Shown here piece after piece: positions 24,701 through 38,438 of a DNA stretch of 64,000 bases. This DNA is from Octopus vulgaris (Eukaryota), in assembly GCA_951406725.2 (NCBI GenBank), contig OX597821.1, positions 114,390,001 through 114,454,000 on the forward strand, read 5' to 3'. The notes below the pieces were generated by a model. It saw nothing but the letters and a program-made list of their open reading frames with translations, was not told the origin of the DNA and did no database searches. Made by a program: the position numbers and the translations under genes. The first letter of the stretch is position 1. Every line of letters starts with the position of its first letter.

Positions 24701-27700
24701 GACTCGTTCTCTTCCTTTAAGCTTTAGACTAATTACCACATATTAAAATTTGTCCCCCCAGAGTTGTCTTCTTTCTTTTCCAGGTTCAATGCTTTCAAAA
24801 CACACACAATTCCACTTTGCCACTACAGTATTTTTGTTGCAAATATATTTTTGAAATGAAGAATTCAGTAGAATATCTTTGTCCTCGTTAAGCTGATGTT
24901 TGAAACAAATTAACGTAAAACTCTGATTGTTACTGTGATGATGATGATGGTTTCTGTTGAAATACACTAACTTTGCTTTAAATAATTTTGAAAGTAACGA
25001 AGAATTACTGATGGCAGGTTTTAATTTAGATCACATTAAAACAGGGAGTTTGTATCATGGAACCAGAGACAGTCTTAAAAGGGATTTTCTTTTCATAAAT
25101 CTAGTTGGACCTTCTTACTCTCCATATTTCAATTTGAATTCAAAGTCCAAACCAGCAAACAACAGTTTTGTTCTCTGCTTTGTTTCTAGATCCTCCTCCT
25201 CCACTCAAACATTCCCGGACACTAATCACTTTAGATAAACTCACCTCATTTATTCATGTTCACAACAGTATCATGTTACAACTCCTTTACTCTCTCAAAA
25301 CACAATCATTGAAAGAGCCAAAAAAGAAGCCTCTACATAGACACTTTGATCTGCTAGAAATAGTAACCAAATCTATCATAAATCACTTTGTATTGCTTTA
25401 AATGAAAAAAAAAAAAAGAATACATCAGGCAGTATAGTTCCTTATACAGAAAAAACCAAAATGATCTCAAGCGGATATCTTTTATCATAAGTCTATTCAA
25501 ACACGGTTGGTCTCTGGTTAATCAACAATAAAAGAAGACTCTCTAAGATGACTACTATCTTTATCAAACTATGCATCATCATCATCATCATCATTTAACG
25601 TCCGTTGTCCATGCTGGCAAAGGGTTGGACAGTTTGACCAGGGCTGACAAGCTGGAAGGCTGCACCAGACTCTAGTCTGATTTGGCATGGTTTCCTACAG
25701 CTGGATGGACTTCTTAATGCCAACCACTCCAAGAATGTAACGGGTGCTTTCATGTGCTCCTCAAATGTATCCACTCTAGAAATATAGGAGTATACCAATG
25801 AGTATCCTAACTCTAAAAACACAACTCTAAGATCTCACTGGTCACCTCCACACCATATCCTTGCCCTTTTCTCACAGGTTCTCTTTCCTTTTCTTTTTTT
25901 TTAAACAATAGTAAAAAGTACCCATGTGGGCACAACACAAAAGGTATCTGTGCAGGTGCCACGTTAAAAGCACCCATACTGGCACCACATAAAAAGCACC
26001 CATGCTGGTGCCACAATGAAAGCTCCCGCTGGGGCCACAAATAAAGCACCCAGTACACTCTGTAAAATGGTTAGTGTTAGGAAGGGCATCCAGCCATAGA
26101 AAGTATGCTAAGATAGATAATTTGGAGCCTGATGCAGCTCTCTGGCTGGCCAGCTCCTTGTCAAACCATCCAACCCATACCAGTATGGAGAAAAGGATGT
26201 TAAATGGTGGTGAAGATGATGACGACTATCACCTTCTCTATATCTTCTGATACTTATACAAACTCAATAAGCTTTTAACATCATTCTATCATCATATATG
26301 CCAACCTTTTTGATGCCAAAACTGATTGATTCTACTCCTTGTTTCAGGTGGTTAAAGTGATCTAGATTAAAAACCTTCCAACAAGTCAATTTATGTTTCA
26401 TGTTAATTTATGTAAATTTATATTCCAAACATCATGTTAATTTATGTTAATTTATGTTCCAAACAACAGCTTAATAATAATGACAAGGTTATTTTACTAA
26501 AATTCATCATTATTATTTTCAAAATTAACTGAAACAGAGGCAGCACATGTCTACAGAAATATGGTAACAAAAGACTACAATGCCATGACCGTCGGTGGTG
26601 ACATCCGTCTGTCTCGAGAGACGATGGTGTAGCTCAGAATAGGTGGTGGGTTTATCTGCCCTTCCTGGTGTGGCTGTGCAGACCAATCATCTTCCTGTTG
26701 AGCTACAAGGCCTGGGCAGGTTTGTATGGGGGATCAGCTGTTGCCCATGCTGTTTGATCCCCCCTCTCCACGCAGCTGGTAGCTCCAAGGGAATGACAGG
26801 TCGATACAGCTTGGTACCAAATGCGTCGGCAGGAGTTGCCAGTGATGACGTGTTGTGTCAGGCCACCTTAGGGACTCCAGTTCCAGATTTTCTGTCGGGG
26901 TTTACTCCCTTAGCCTTCCAATCACAAATTATCATCATAGCACTAAGTCCACTCTGCTGAGTGGTTGGTGTTAGGAAGGGCGTCCAGCTATAAAAATCCT
27001 GTCAAAACAGTCACAGAAGTCTGGTGCAGGCTTCTGCCTGACTGGCTCTTGTGGTACTGTCCCACCAATGCTGGCATGGAAGGTGGACGTTAAATGATGA
27101 TGATGATGATGATGATTTAACATCCATATTTCCATATTTGAATGGGTCAGACGGAATTAGTTGAGGGTGATTTTCTATGGCCAAGTACCCTCACTGTCAC
27201 TCACCCACATCTGTTTCCAAGCAAAAACAACACAGTTTGTATACAGTGATACTCGTTATACAACCATTACATGATGTCAAAATAAGGGTACACTCATGCA
27301 CGTGTACACACGCATGCATACGCGCACACACACACACACACATGCACACACAAAATCTTCTTTCAGTTTCTATCTACCAAATCCATTTATAAGACTTTGG
27401 TCAGCCTGGGCCTATGATAACTGACACTTGCCCAAGATACCACACAACAGGATTGAACCCCAGACCATATGGTTGAGAATTAGGATTCCTTAACCACACA
27501 GCCATACCTTTCTTTATCTTGGATTTAAATTTACTTTTCACTCACTCAAAGCAAAGAAGTTAAAACAAATACAAAACTCAACAAAATGTTCACGATATAA
27601 CTATTCTAATTAATCTAACATCCATCCTCACTGCTCGTATGGCTAAGAATAGTTGTCTTCAAATATAAGGAAATATATGTGCTACATCAGATAACGTAGG

Positions 27701-30530
27701 AGTTAAACAGAATGATGTATGTGTTATGTAAACAAATAATTCACAATTGAACACATTTCCTACAACTAATGACTATTTTTAGTCGCATTTTAATATTATC
27801 TTAGAAAATTTTCTCACAGAATTCACAGCAATCTGAAGACATATGTTACTATTTAAAACAAAGCGTTAGGGTTTGGCTGTGAGTTTCACACACCATTTGA
27901 TCATAAAGACACTATCAAAAAACTTCATGTAGAGTATCTTATACAAGTCATGATGGCTATTTTCTGTAGTATATCCATATCATCATCATCACCATCATTT
28001 AACGTCTGCATTCCATACCTGCACAGGTGGAGTCATTTGACAGGATGTGATGGGTCTAAGGACTGCAGCATGCTCTACTGTTTACTGTGACATGGCTTCT
28101 ACAGTCGGATGTCCTTCCTAACACCAACTACATTATAAAATGTACTGGATGCTTTCTTTTTTTCATGGCACCAGCTCCATGTTTATGGCACAATTTTTAA
28201 CAAAATCTTAGATGGGCCCCTGAAGGTTATATGTACCCCAGCTGAGAACCACTGGTTTAATTTATGAGAGAAGGGGCCAGAGCAGAACAGGCTTCTCTTT
28301 GTACAGGAGCTACAAAAATATTCCCATTATCAAAGAGATGGTGGAGTGGTTAGGGTGGAGCTAGAAAGAGATAAAAATAGGGGTGTTGCAATATCTGAGT
28401 GTACCCTCAAGGTATGAGGTGAGTAGGAGTGAGTAGAGGGGGATGGACAGAGGAACCAGAAGTGTGGATGGTTAGAGGTCGTATATGGGAGAGTAAGAGA
28501 GATGGTTAGGGATAGGGAATGGGTTAAGTGGGGGAGAGAATAATCTCTAGCAATGCATATATTCTTGTAATATACTGAAAACAAATCATGGAGATTTTGT
28601 GCGGTGCATCTACAGTTCATCAGTACCGCAAGCTAATAAAACAATTTAATAAAGTCCTTAATCTTACAGCAGATCTTCTTCCTTTTAAATCACCTATTTA
28701 TAGCTATGTTCAACAGTCCATCTAGAGCAGTTATTTTTAGAGTCCTAAGTCAAAGTTCTAGCCCTGTGATCCCATGTTTTGCCAATTCCTCTTTCATTTA
28801 TCATCTACTAATATTTTTTTCATCCTTATATTTTTACAGTGACAACTATTGATACTGCTGGAATTTATTAAAGGTCAAAAGAAGAACAAAATAGGGAGCA
28901 GTAATAAAATCCTTGCAACACAAAAATGTGATCTGTTGAAGAACATTATTTTTGTTTCGATAAACTTTGAAAATAATGAAGAATTCAATAAAATGACTTT
29001 GTCATAATTAATCCTTTTGGTACTAACTCATCTGGGACAGCCCCTGGTTTTATGATACAAATTTCCTATGTTAAAGTAATCTAAATTAAAATCTTCTGTC
29101 AAAATTTCATAAATTATGTAGCATTCACCAACTTAATGACTGAGTCATTTAAGTAAATTCTTCATTATTCTAAAAATTGATTGGAATGAGAACAGTATTT
29201 CAGCAAACATATTCTTAGTGACAGAGTGAAAGTGTCATTAGGGACACAGATTAGCAGGAAGTTCTGATGGGAAGTTTTAACTTCAGTCAGTTTAAGACAG
29301 AAAATTTGTATCCAAAAACGAAGGGTGATCTCGGACAGTTTGGTCCAAAAGTGTTAAAATGAGAGCCAGAAAGAGTCAAATTAATCATCAAAAAGAAAGA
29401 GAGAGAGAGAAAGAAGCAGAGACATTGGTAATCTAAGTCTGTATATAATTAAAAGCAACACACAACAGCAATGGATCCAAATACAATGATGATATATATC
29501 GTGTTAAATTTATACTTGTTTCAACTTGAGAAGTGAAACGACACAACAGAAAAATCAATAATTCTAGTCTCAAGTGTCCACCTCAAAGTTATTATTACCG
29601 TTATTGTCATCATCGTTTTTGCTGATGTTATTATTATGAAATACGTTCACAATCAGCAAGTGAAACACTGTGTCAGTTCTCAATAAAACAAAGATGTTTA
29701 TTGCAAATGAAACATTAGTCAAAAGTAATTGAAGAAGCTGCTTTGCAAACAACACGAAAGGAATGATTCAAACCAAGTGAAGTATTGAAACTAAGATACT
29801 TACACAAGAATATTTCTCAATCATATTTCATAAGCAAACAACTATTGTGACCAAGGAATAGAAAACATACAATATTGGATTACCAAATATCTTCTCATTA
29901 CCATTTATTCAGAATAAGATTTGACAATGTAGTAATTCTGAATATTTATTTTTTAGTTTCTTCTGATTTGCTTTTTTTTTTTTTTTGCTACTTTACTGGT
30001 TTCAGTTGTTGAACTTGTGACCCTGCTAGGGCAATACCTTCAAAGGTTTTAGACAAACATATCAATCCTTGAATTTATTTTATCAGCATTTAATACAGTA
30101 GTTCCCAAAATGGGTAGTATTGCTCCCCTGGGAGCAATGGAAACTCGACGAGTTTTCCATGCTAGCATGGGTTGGACGGTTCAACTGGGGTCTGGGGAGC
30201 CCGAAGGCTGCACCAGGCCAGTCAGATCTGGCAGTGTTTCTATAGCTGGATGCCCTTCCTAACGCCAACCACTCCGAGAGTGTAGTGGGTGCCAGACGAG
30301 GCTGGCGAACGGCCACGCTCAGATGGTGTTTTTTATGTGCCACCGACACAGGTGCCAGACGAGGCTGGCAGACGGCCACGATATATATTGGTGCCATCAT
30401 CATTATCATCCTTTAACATCCATTTTCCATGCTGGAATGGGTTGGATAGGTCCACCAGAGTTGGCAAGTAGAAGAGCTGCACCAGGTTCCAGTCTGATTT
30501 AGTTTGGTTTCTACAGCTGGATATTCTTCC

Positions 30531-30694
30531 CAGGGCAATGGAGTCGAAACAAAAATCCTTGACTCTGACTCCTCTACTATTGGCACCTCTGACTCTGACT
30601 CCCCTATTATTGGCACCTCCAATTCCTCTATGTAATTAAGTGATTGTGGATATCTTACCGACTCCGACTCCACAACTCCAATTCCACAGCCCTG
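30531..30694. mobile_element. Small TIR element with GACTCC subrepeats, inserted in an RTE tail
   Basis: cagggcaatggagtcg ... cgactccgactccac...cacagccctg; internal ~30-bp tandem repeat. Confidence 0.6.
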
Positions 30695-32757
30695 ATCCTT
30701 TACAGTGTGTGCTGGGTGCTTTTAATGTGATACCACCACAAATACTTTTACATGGCACCAGCACAGAACTCTTGCCAAGCATAGCTGTGTGGTAAGAGGT
30801 ATGCTTCCCCACCAAATGGTTCCATTACATGGCACCAAGGGGCAAATGTCTTCAACTATAGCCCCAGGCCAACCAAAGCCTTGTGAGCAGATTTGGTAGA
30901 TGGAAACTGAAAGAAGCTTTCCACATGTGTGTGTGTATGTATGTGTCTCTGTGTTCATGTTCCTTCCCCACCACTGCTTGTCAACTGGTGTCATTTTGTT
31001 TACATCCCCATAACTTAACAGTCCATCAATAGAGACTGATGGAATAAGTACCAGACTTTAAAAACTAAGCACTACTGGGGTCGATTTGTTTGAGAAAACC
31101 CTTCAAGATGGTGCCTCAGCATGGTCACAGTCTAATGACTGAAAGAATAAAAAAAATATAAAAGAACCATCTGGAAATATTCCATACAATAATTAATATT
31201 GGTGCATGAAGCATAATTAATTAACTCTTATATAAAATTGTAATTGAAGTTTTGGATTAAATATAAACATTTTAGAATGGATGGATTTTGTATCAATGAA
31301 TGTTAAGTTGATGCTTAGACAAACTTATGAGGGAAAGCTTAATTTAAATATTAACTCCTTAAAATTGTTAGTTTTGTGTGTGTTTTTTTTTTTCTTTTTT
31401 ATCATCTGATTGGCTCCTGTGCTGGTGACAAAAAAATCACCCACTACAATCTCAGAGTGGTTGATGTTAGGAAGGGCATCCAGCTGTAGAAACCTTACCA
31501 GATCAGACTGGAACCTGGTGCAGCCTCCCAGCTTGCCAGTTCTCAGTCAAACCATCTAACCCATGCCAGCTCGGAAAACAGATGTTAAACAATGATGATG
31601 AGGAGGAGGGACAGAAGTTGCTCTGCAACTAACACCTAAAGCGCTGGGATTTGCACTTACATAGCATGGACTGCTGAGCACATTTTATGAAAATGAGACT
31701 ACCATGCACGCTTGCATTCTAGGAGGTATCAGAGTGTTTGAGTGACATTAGACCCAAACAAACGCCCATAAATTAAATACATCTATCTGGGCTACGATCA
31801 TGGCCTATCGACCTGTGCCTAACAACCACAATTGTGGCCCATCACGCTTTGTGTGCTAAGAAGTTTCCTTCCCAAGCAGGTGACTTTCCAACCTACATGG
31901 CACCTTGGGTGAGTGTCTTCTGCTATAGCCCTGACCGACCAAAGTCCTGTGAGTGGATTTGGTAGAGGGAAACTAAAAGAAGCCTGTCGTACATATGTGT
32001 GTATTAGTGTTTACTCTTGTCCAGACATCATATAATAGTTGGAAGTAAGCATCATCATCATACAGTGGAAAACATGTCTAGCTTTGAGAAAACATTACCT
32101 TGGTTAGAAACAGGTGAGAGTTGGTGACAGGAAAGGCCTCTATCCATAGAAAACCTGCCTCAACAAATTCCGTCCAACCCATGCAAGCTAGGAAAAGTGG
32201 ACATTAAATGATGGTGATGATGATGACTTGAAAAAAAGAAATGAATGAAATGTATGCCAACAGACACAAGAACAGGTATAAATTAATTTCAGATAGACAT
32301 TAGAAATACAATCTCGCTTCTATTGATAACAAAACTGAAACAGAGCTGCAGTGTTTACATAACACATGTATTACTTTACAGTTAGTGTCAGCTGTTCCTG
32401 CTCTCCCATATCTATTGATTCACAGTAATATTGTTTGCTTAATATTTAATATAGTAAAACCTAGTTTAGTTTATATGCACAACATCACTTCTCTGCCCAC
32501 GTGTGCAACAACACAGTTGTCAAGTGCTAACATGCCAGTGATCTTTGAAACACAACAAAGCAACCTGTCCAGACGGTGCCTCTGCCATCACTCTTAAGCC
32601 AGGCATTCTATCCTTAGCAAAATCTTTTATTCTCTCTCTTCCTCCTTCTTCAGTGACCACCAATATTAACTTAACGATATGGAGATGTGCTTGCTCACTA
32701 CACACACCGATGGTTTTTCCATATCCTTGAGACCTTCAGACAGAAAAAAACGGTACT

Positions 32758-32992
32758 TTAACCCTTTTGACACCAACCTGCCTGAAACCGGCTCTGGCTC
32801 TGGCTCTGTAGTACAAATGTCTTGTTTCATAAGTTTTGATTCAAAATCTTCCACCAAACCTTAGTCACAATTTATGTTCCTAACACTAGCTTAATAATAA
32901 CTAAGTTATTTTACTAAATTCTTTGTTGTATTTAAAATTAATTGAAAGAAATACAGAGCATCTCAAAATAAATACAGTAACGAAAGGGTTAA
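32758..32992 (+). mobile_element. piggyBac-like MITE family A (~230 bp)
   Basis: TTAA-CCCTTT...AAAGGG-TTAA. Confidence 0.88.
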
Positions 32993-33242
32993 CAGTGTCT
33001 GGCAGGAGAACCTCTAAGCTAAGTTGCCTTCTTGTAGTTAACATTCATCTCAATTTTCTTGAATCAGAAACTTCCTGATTACACTAGTGAAGAATATACT
33101 CATGTGACTTTCTCTGACCCCTTTTCCATCAAATCTAGCTCACAAATGTCTCATGCACTTTTCCCTTTCTTCACCAAAGAGCTAGACGCAACCATTTCTA
33201 ATAACACACTCTGAAACAGACAGTACCACCATACATACATTT

Positions 33243-33473
33243 TTAACCCTTTCGATACCAACCTGGCTGAAACCGCCTCTGGCTCTGTAGTACAAATGTC
33301 TTGTTTTCAAAAGTTCTGAATTAAAGTCTCCCGCCAAACCTCAGTCACAATTTATGTTCTTAACACTAAGCTTAATGATAACTAAGTTATTTTACTAAAT
33401 TCTTTGTTATATTTAAAATTAATTAAAAGAAACACAGAGCATCTCAACAGAAATACAGTAACAAAAGGGTTAA
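33243..33473 (+). mobile_element. piggyBac-like MITE family A
   Basis: TTAA-CCCTTT...AAAGGG-TTAA; near-identical to the 32758 copy. Confidence 0.88.
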
Positions 33474-33588
33474 ACTACTACTCCATATGCATTATCTATA
33501 TGCAGACATAAATTGCATGTTGGTATGTAGTTAAGAAGTTCACATCACAATCCTGTGGCTGAGCAAGTGCCTTCTGCTTATAAAAGAC

Positions 33589-33620
<32 letters not shown>

Positions 33621-34375
33621 ATATTGGAAATCAACAGGTTGAAATAATGGCAAACATGAAAATGAAAATCCAAGACATTATCACATTATCACTGTCTCAA
33701 AAATTTAATGTTGCAAAAAGTTGCTAAATTTAATGAAAGTAATTAATTAGTAGACTACATTTTAAGTAGCCATCAAAAAAAAAACGATGACAGGGTTATT
33801 TGGACATGGAATAAATTATTGCTTCTAATTTAGGCTAATTTGAGGGGAAGGTGTTAGTTGCTACCATTAATCTTAACTGATAATTCATCAACCACAGGTG
33901 AAAAGCAAAGTTAAATATCCCCCTACTGCCTCTTGAATATGGGAAATTCCTACAGCAAATCAGAACCTTCTAACAAAAACATGACATTTGACTTGGCCTT
34001 TTATATATAGAGGTGCTTCATGCAGAGGTATTTGCCGGAGTTAATGAAGTCAATTTTGTCACTGAACACCAGATTAGTCTTGACTGAGCAGATTTACTAT
34101 TGTAGTGTTCCAGTTGTAAGCATCCAATGTAGTTCTAAACTGAGGGTATCAAGTATTGGGAATTGAGAGCGACTTTGCTGCTATTTGCAACAAGTCAAGT
34201 GGCTAATATGAGACAGCATCATCATCATTTAATAATACCTGTTCACCAAGGTTTAGTCAGGATTATTTGACAGAATCTGACATGTCAGAGGATGTGTCAT
34301 GCCCCAGGATCTGTTTTGGCATGGTTTCTATGGCCAGATGCCTTTCCTAATGCCAACTACTTTACTAGATGTTTG

Positions 34376-34466
<91 letters not shown>

Positions 34467-35729
34467 TGTGTGCATGTGTGGCACCAACACTGGTGAGGTT
34501 ATAAGAACTTACAACTAATGGTCCTAAAAGGATCCTTCTAACTGAAAGAGAGTAGGGGAGTGAGAGAACATGTGTGTATGACAATTTTTGACAAAGTGAT
34601 GAGAGCAAATGAAGCATGATGGGAAAATGAGATCTATAGTTAAGAGAGGGTGGAATTGGGTGAGAGAGTAGTTATTATTGGAAGGGCAAGTATGAAAGGG
34701 AGAGAAGGAAAGGAAGGGATTAGTGTCAGTGATTAGTGAGAAAGGGGGAGACAGTGGGATTAGGGTAATGAAGTGGGCTGAAGAGGGGTTCTAGGGCTAT
34801 CCCACTTTAAAAGGGTGTTAGGGGATGAAAACATGAAAGAAAGAAAATAGATGAGGGTGGAAAAGGCGGGAGAGGCAAAGTGAAAATTATTTCCTTTTTC
34901 ACAAAAATAAAATAAAATAAAACAAAGCAAGAATCTTCAAAACATGGTTTTTACATTAGTCTACCAACTTGTTGCAGCAGCAGCAGACAGCCATACTTTT
35001 TTTTACACTCTCTAACAGCCTGCAACCAGCCACTGCATCTATTACTATGGCCAACAGACTATAAAAGAGTACTTATAAAGAAAATTCCTTAACCTTTTTG
35101 TTGCTATATTTCAATTAAAACATGTTGCTTTTGTTTTTATTAATTCTGAAAATAATGAGGAATTTAGTAAAATAACTTTGTCGTTATTAAGTCGGTGTCT
35201 GATTTAAATCAAAACTCTCCACCAAAATTGTTCCACAAGGAGTTTGCACCATAGAACCAAGGTTTCTGGTTGGTATCGTATCAAAAGGGTTAACTTGCAC
35301 AAAGTTACAAACTTACTCTTACTAAAAACTCCCTCCTATCTTCTAGAATTCATAATATATCCAGAATTAGCCATTATTAGAACAGTATTTACCCAGTTCT
35401 TCAACTCAGTTGCCTCGAAGTTATGTGTCTGCCAGAACAAACTGACCAAAAGTAACTTTATACAGCAAACAAAAACAACCAAATAAATATGAAAGAAAAC
35501 TGTTTCTTTCTTTAATTCTTCTATTTATTTCTCTTATCTAATTTTTACCATTTGTGTATTCAACATCCATCTAAAAATATCCTCCCTTCTCACATAACAA
35601 CCTCCGTCTACACCGACAATTCTAAAGACCCTCACCAAACCTAAGCAACTTTTTTAAATGCATCTCTATTTATTTATCTATCTATCTCAAACACACACAC
35701 ACATGCAAATTCATCCTTTCTCTCTCTCT

Positions 35730-36138
35730 CTCTTTTACCCTTTTACTTGTTTCACTCATTTGACTGCGGCCATGCTGGAGCACCACCTTTAGTTGAGCAA
35801 ATCGACTCCAGGATTTATTCTTTGTAAGCCTAGAACTTATTCTATCGGTCCCTTTTGCCAAACCGCTAAGTCACGGGGATGTAAACACACCAGCATCGGT
35901 TGTCAAGCTATGTTGGGGGGACAAACACAGACACACAAACATATACACACACACATACATATATATACATATATACGATGGGCTTCTTTCAGTTTCCGTC
36001 TACCAAATCCACTTACAAGGCTTTGGTCGGCCTGAGGCTATAGAGGAAGACACTTTCCCAAGGTGTTACGCAGTGGGACTGAACCTGGAACCATGTGATT
36101 GGTAAGCAAGCTACTTACCACAGAGACACTCCTGCACC
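35730..36138 (-). mobile_element. SINE family 1 (other copies ~481-657, 13500-13879, 15185-15400, 30780-31150, 50000-50350, 60150-60377, 63204-63598)
   Basis: Full-length match to the 18910 copy. Confidence 0.88.
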
Positions 36139-36619
36139 TTTCATTAATTTTAATGGAAAAAAAACTCTGCCTTCGAGCTTCTTTAACTTCACATTTTTCT
36201 GGTGGAGTCTGCAGAAAAATAAATGAAGCAAGAATTCCACTTTCCAAACATTCATCATTGTTTTCTTCTAAAAGCAACAGCATTACTTTTCTACAGTCTG
36301 AGAGATACCAAATATGTAATAAAGACTGTTTTTTCTCTTGTGTACATAACCGGCCCCTTATCAGCTAAATCAAAAGAACTTGAGAATTTAAAACAACTTA
36401 GTCTGGCAAGAAAAATGATACATTTACTGACAAGAATTCCTTAACCAATTCTCCATGTTCAATGAGGTTTTAAAAACACCAATTAATCATATTAAATCTG
36501 TAATGTTTTAAAATGGATGATGAAGATGATGATTCTTCCAACTATAGATACAAGGCCTGGAATTTTGTGGAGAGGAATTAATCAATTATCTTAACCCAGT
36601 TCTCAACTGGTACTTATTT

Positions 36620-36828
36620 TCTCTACTACTCTAGGCACAAGGCCCGAAATTTTTAGAGAGTGGGAGGCTGTCGACCCCAGTATGCAACTGGTACTTAATT
36701 TTTTATCAACCCAGAAAGGATGAAAGGCAAAGTTGACTTTGGCGGAATTTGAACTCAGAAAGTAAAGACACGAAATACCACAAAGCATTTCACCCAGCAT
36801 GCTAACATTTCTGCCAGCTTGCTGCCTT
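36620..36828 (-). mobile_element. SINE family 2 inserted into another family-2 copy, 17-bp TSD
   Basis: tcaactggtacttattt at 36603-36619 and 36829-36845. Confidence 0.85.
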
Positions 36829-37124
36829 TCAACTGGTACTTATTTAATCAAGCCCAAAAGGGTGAAAGGCAACGTCAACCTCAGCAGCATTTGAATTCAT
36901 AACACAAAGCCAGAAGAAATGCTGCTAAGTATTTCATCTTTCTTTTATCATTTTTACTTGATTCAATCACTGGACTGTGGCCATGCTGGGGCAATATTTA
37001 AATGCAGTTCCCAATGTTTATCTCATTAGATTAAACTTCCCAAACTCATAATTTGGGGAATTATAATCTCATTCAGACAGACAAAAGATACTTTTTTTGT
37101 TATTTATGGCAAATTCATTTAAAT

Positions 37125-37384
37125 CGGTGCTTCTCAACAATATGGCCTTTGGAGGTCCACATAAGACTTTATTGTTAAAATTTAAAATTTATATTTAGTA
37201 AATTGACCACACCTCTCCAATACGCCAAATATTTCAACAAACTTTTTTTATACAATTCTGAATAATATTCAATTTTAAAAATGTAACAGGATTTTTTAAA
37301 ACATTAAATGACTACAAGGGTCCATCTGAATAAACTAGGAATTAAAGGAATCTACAGGAAAAAAAAATTGGTTGAGAACCACTG
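37125..37384 (+). mobile_element. hAT-type MITE, same family (another copy at ~16655-17205 is split by an RTE tail)
   Basis: Ends cggtgcttctcaac / gttgagaaccactg; shared internal sequence. Confidence 0.72.
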
Positions 37385-38215
37385 ATTTCAACCAATCACT
37401 AGATGCTGCAATCTTTTAAATGTTAAATAATGATGATGATGACGACCATAACGCTGATAATAATCTCAAAGCTGCATCCCCCCCTCCCCATCAATTATGT
37501 TGCTTCAGTAACCCACAAGTCAATTTGGTTTTGGAAGTTTTCAAAGAATTTAACTAAAAACATTTAAATTTTTGAGCATTTGAATAAAAATAAAAAGTCC
37601 TATCCAGTCAAATCTCAGAGTACCAGGAAACAACAGAAGAAGCAGCCATATCATGCCCTAACGTCTTGAAAAAAAGAAAACAAAATCTATTGGACAAAGT
37701 TTCCCATGAAGTAATTAAAAAAAAAAAAAATTAGAATGAATAGGATGATCACAAGTGAAATAGCTTTGATCATAAGCCTGCTTGATCAGGACTGGATGAT
37801 CTGAGGGTTAACTAGGACAACTTTTTGGAGCAGATGTTGCAAATTCTATTGAACAAATCAACAGAAAATTGTCAATGTTTCGACTAATTTTGAAAATAAT
37901 GAAAAATTTAGTAAAATATTTTCATTATTAAAAGTATTTGGAACATAGATTAGCATGAAATGTTGGTTTCAAACTTTGGCACTAGGCCAGCAATTCTGGG
38001 AGAGGGAGTAAATCGATTACATCGACCCCAGTGTATAACTGGTACTTATTTTATTGACCCTGGAAGGATGAAAGGCAAAGTCAACACCAGCAACTTTGAA
38101 ATATTGATGGAAACTTTTATCACTTAAATCTTTTAGTTACCATTTTGATGGAAGATTTTAATTTAGACCACTTTAAAACAGGAAACGTGTGCCATAACAC
38201 CAAGAGTGGTTTTAA

Positions 38216-38438
38216 CCCATTAAGTCCCAGGGTACTTAAATTTCTGAATATTACTTATAAATTTTTACAGATGATTGAAAATAGGTTAAAATGAAAAAAA
38301 TAATTATTAAAACTCCTGTACTTCAAGTAGAAATGGAAATACTCAGTGTTCTATAAATAATACACTGAGACAATGTGATATAGCTTATTTAATGTTCTCA
38401 TTTAGTGTCCTATTTATAGGACAGTGGGACTTAATGGG
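38216..38438. mobile_element. piggyBac-like MITE family B nested in a decayed family-A copy
   Basis: Perfect 14-bp TIR CCCATTAAGTCCCA; TTAA at 38212-15 and 38439-42. Confidence 0.88.

Noticed and set aside
29804-29937. Further gtaagt donors on the minus strand (29803, 47924) as extra exons
   Set aside because: Weak or absent acceptors and no coding signal
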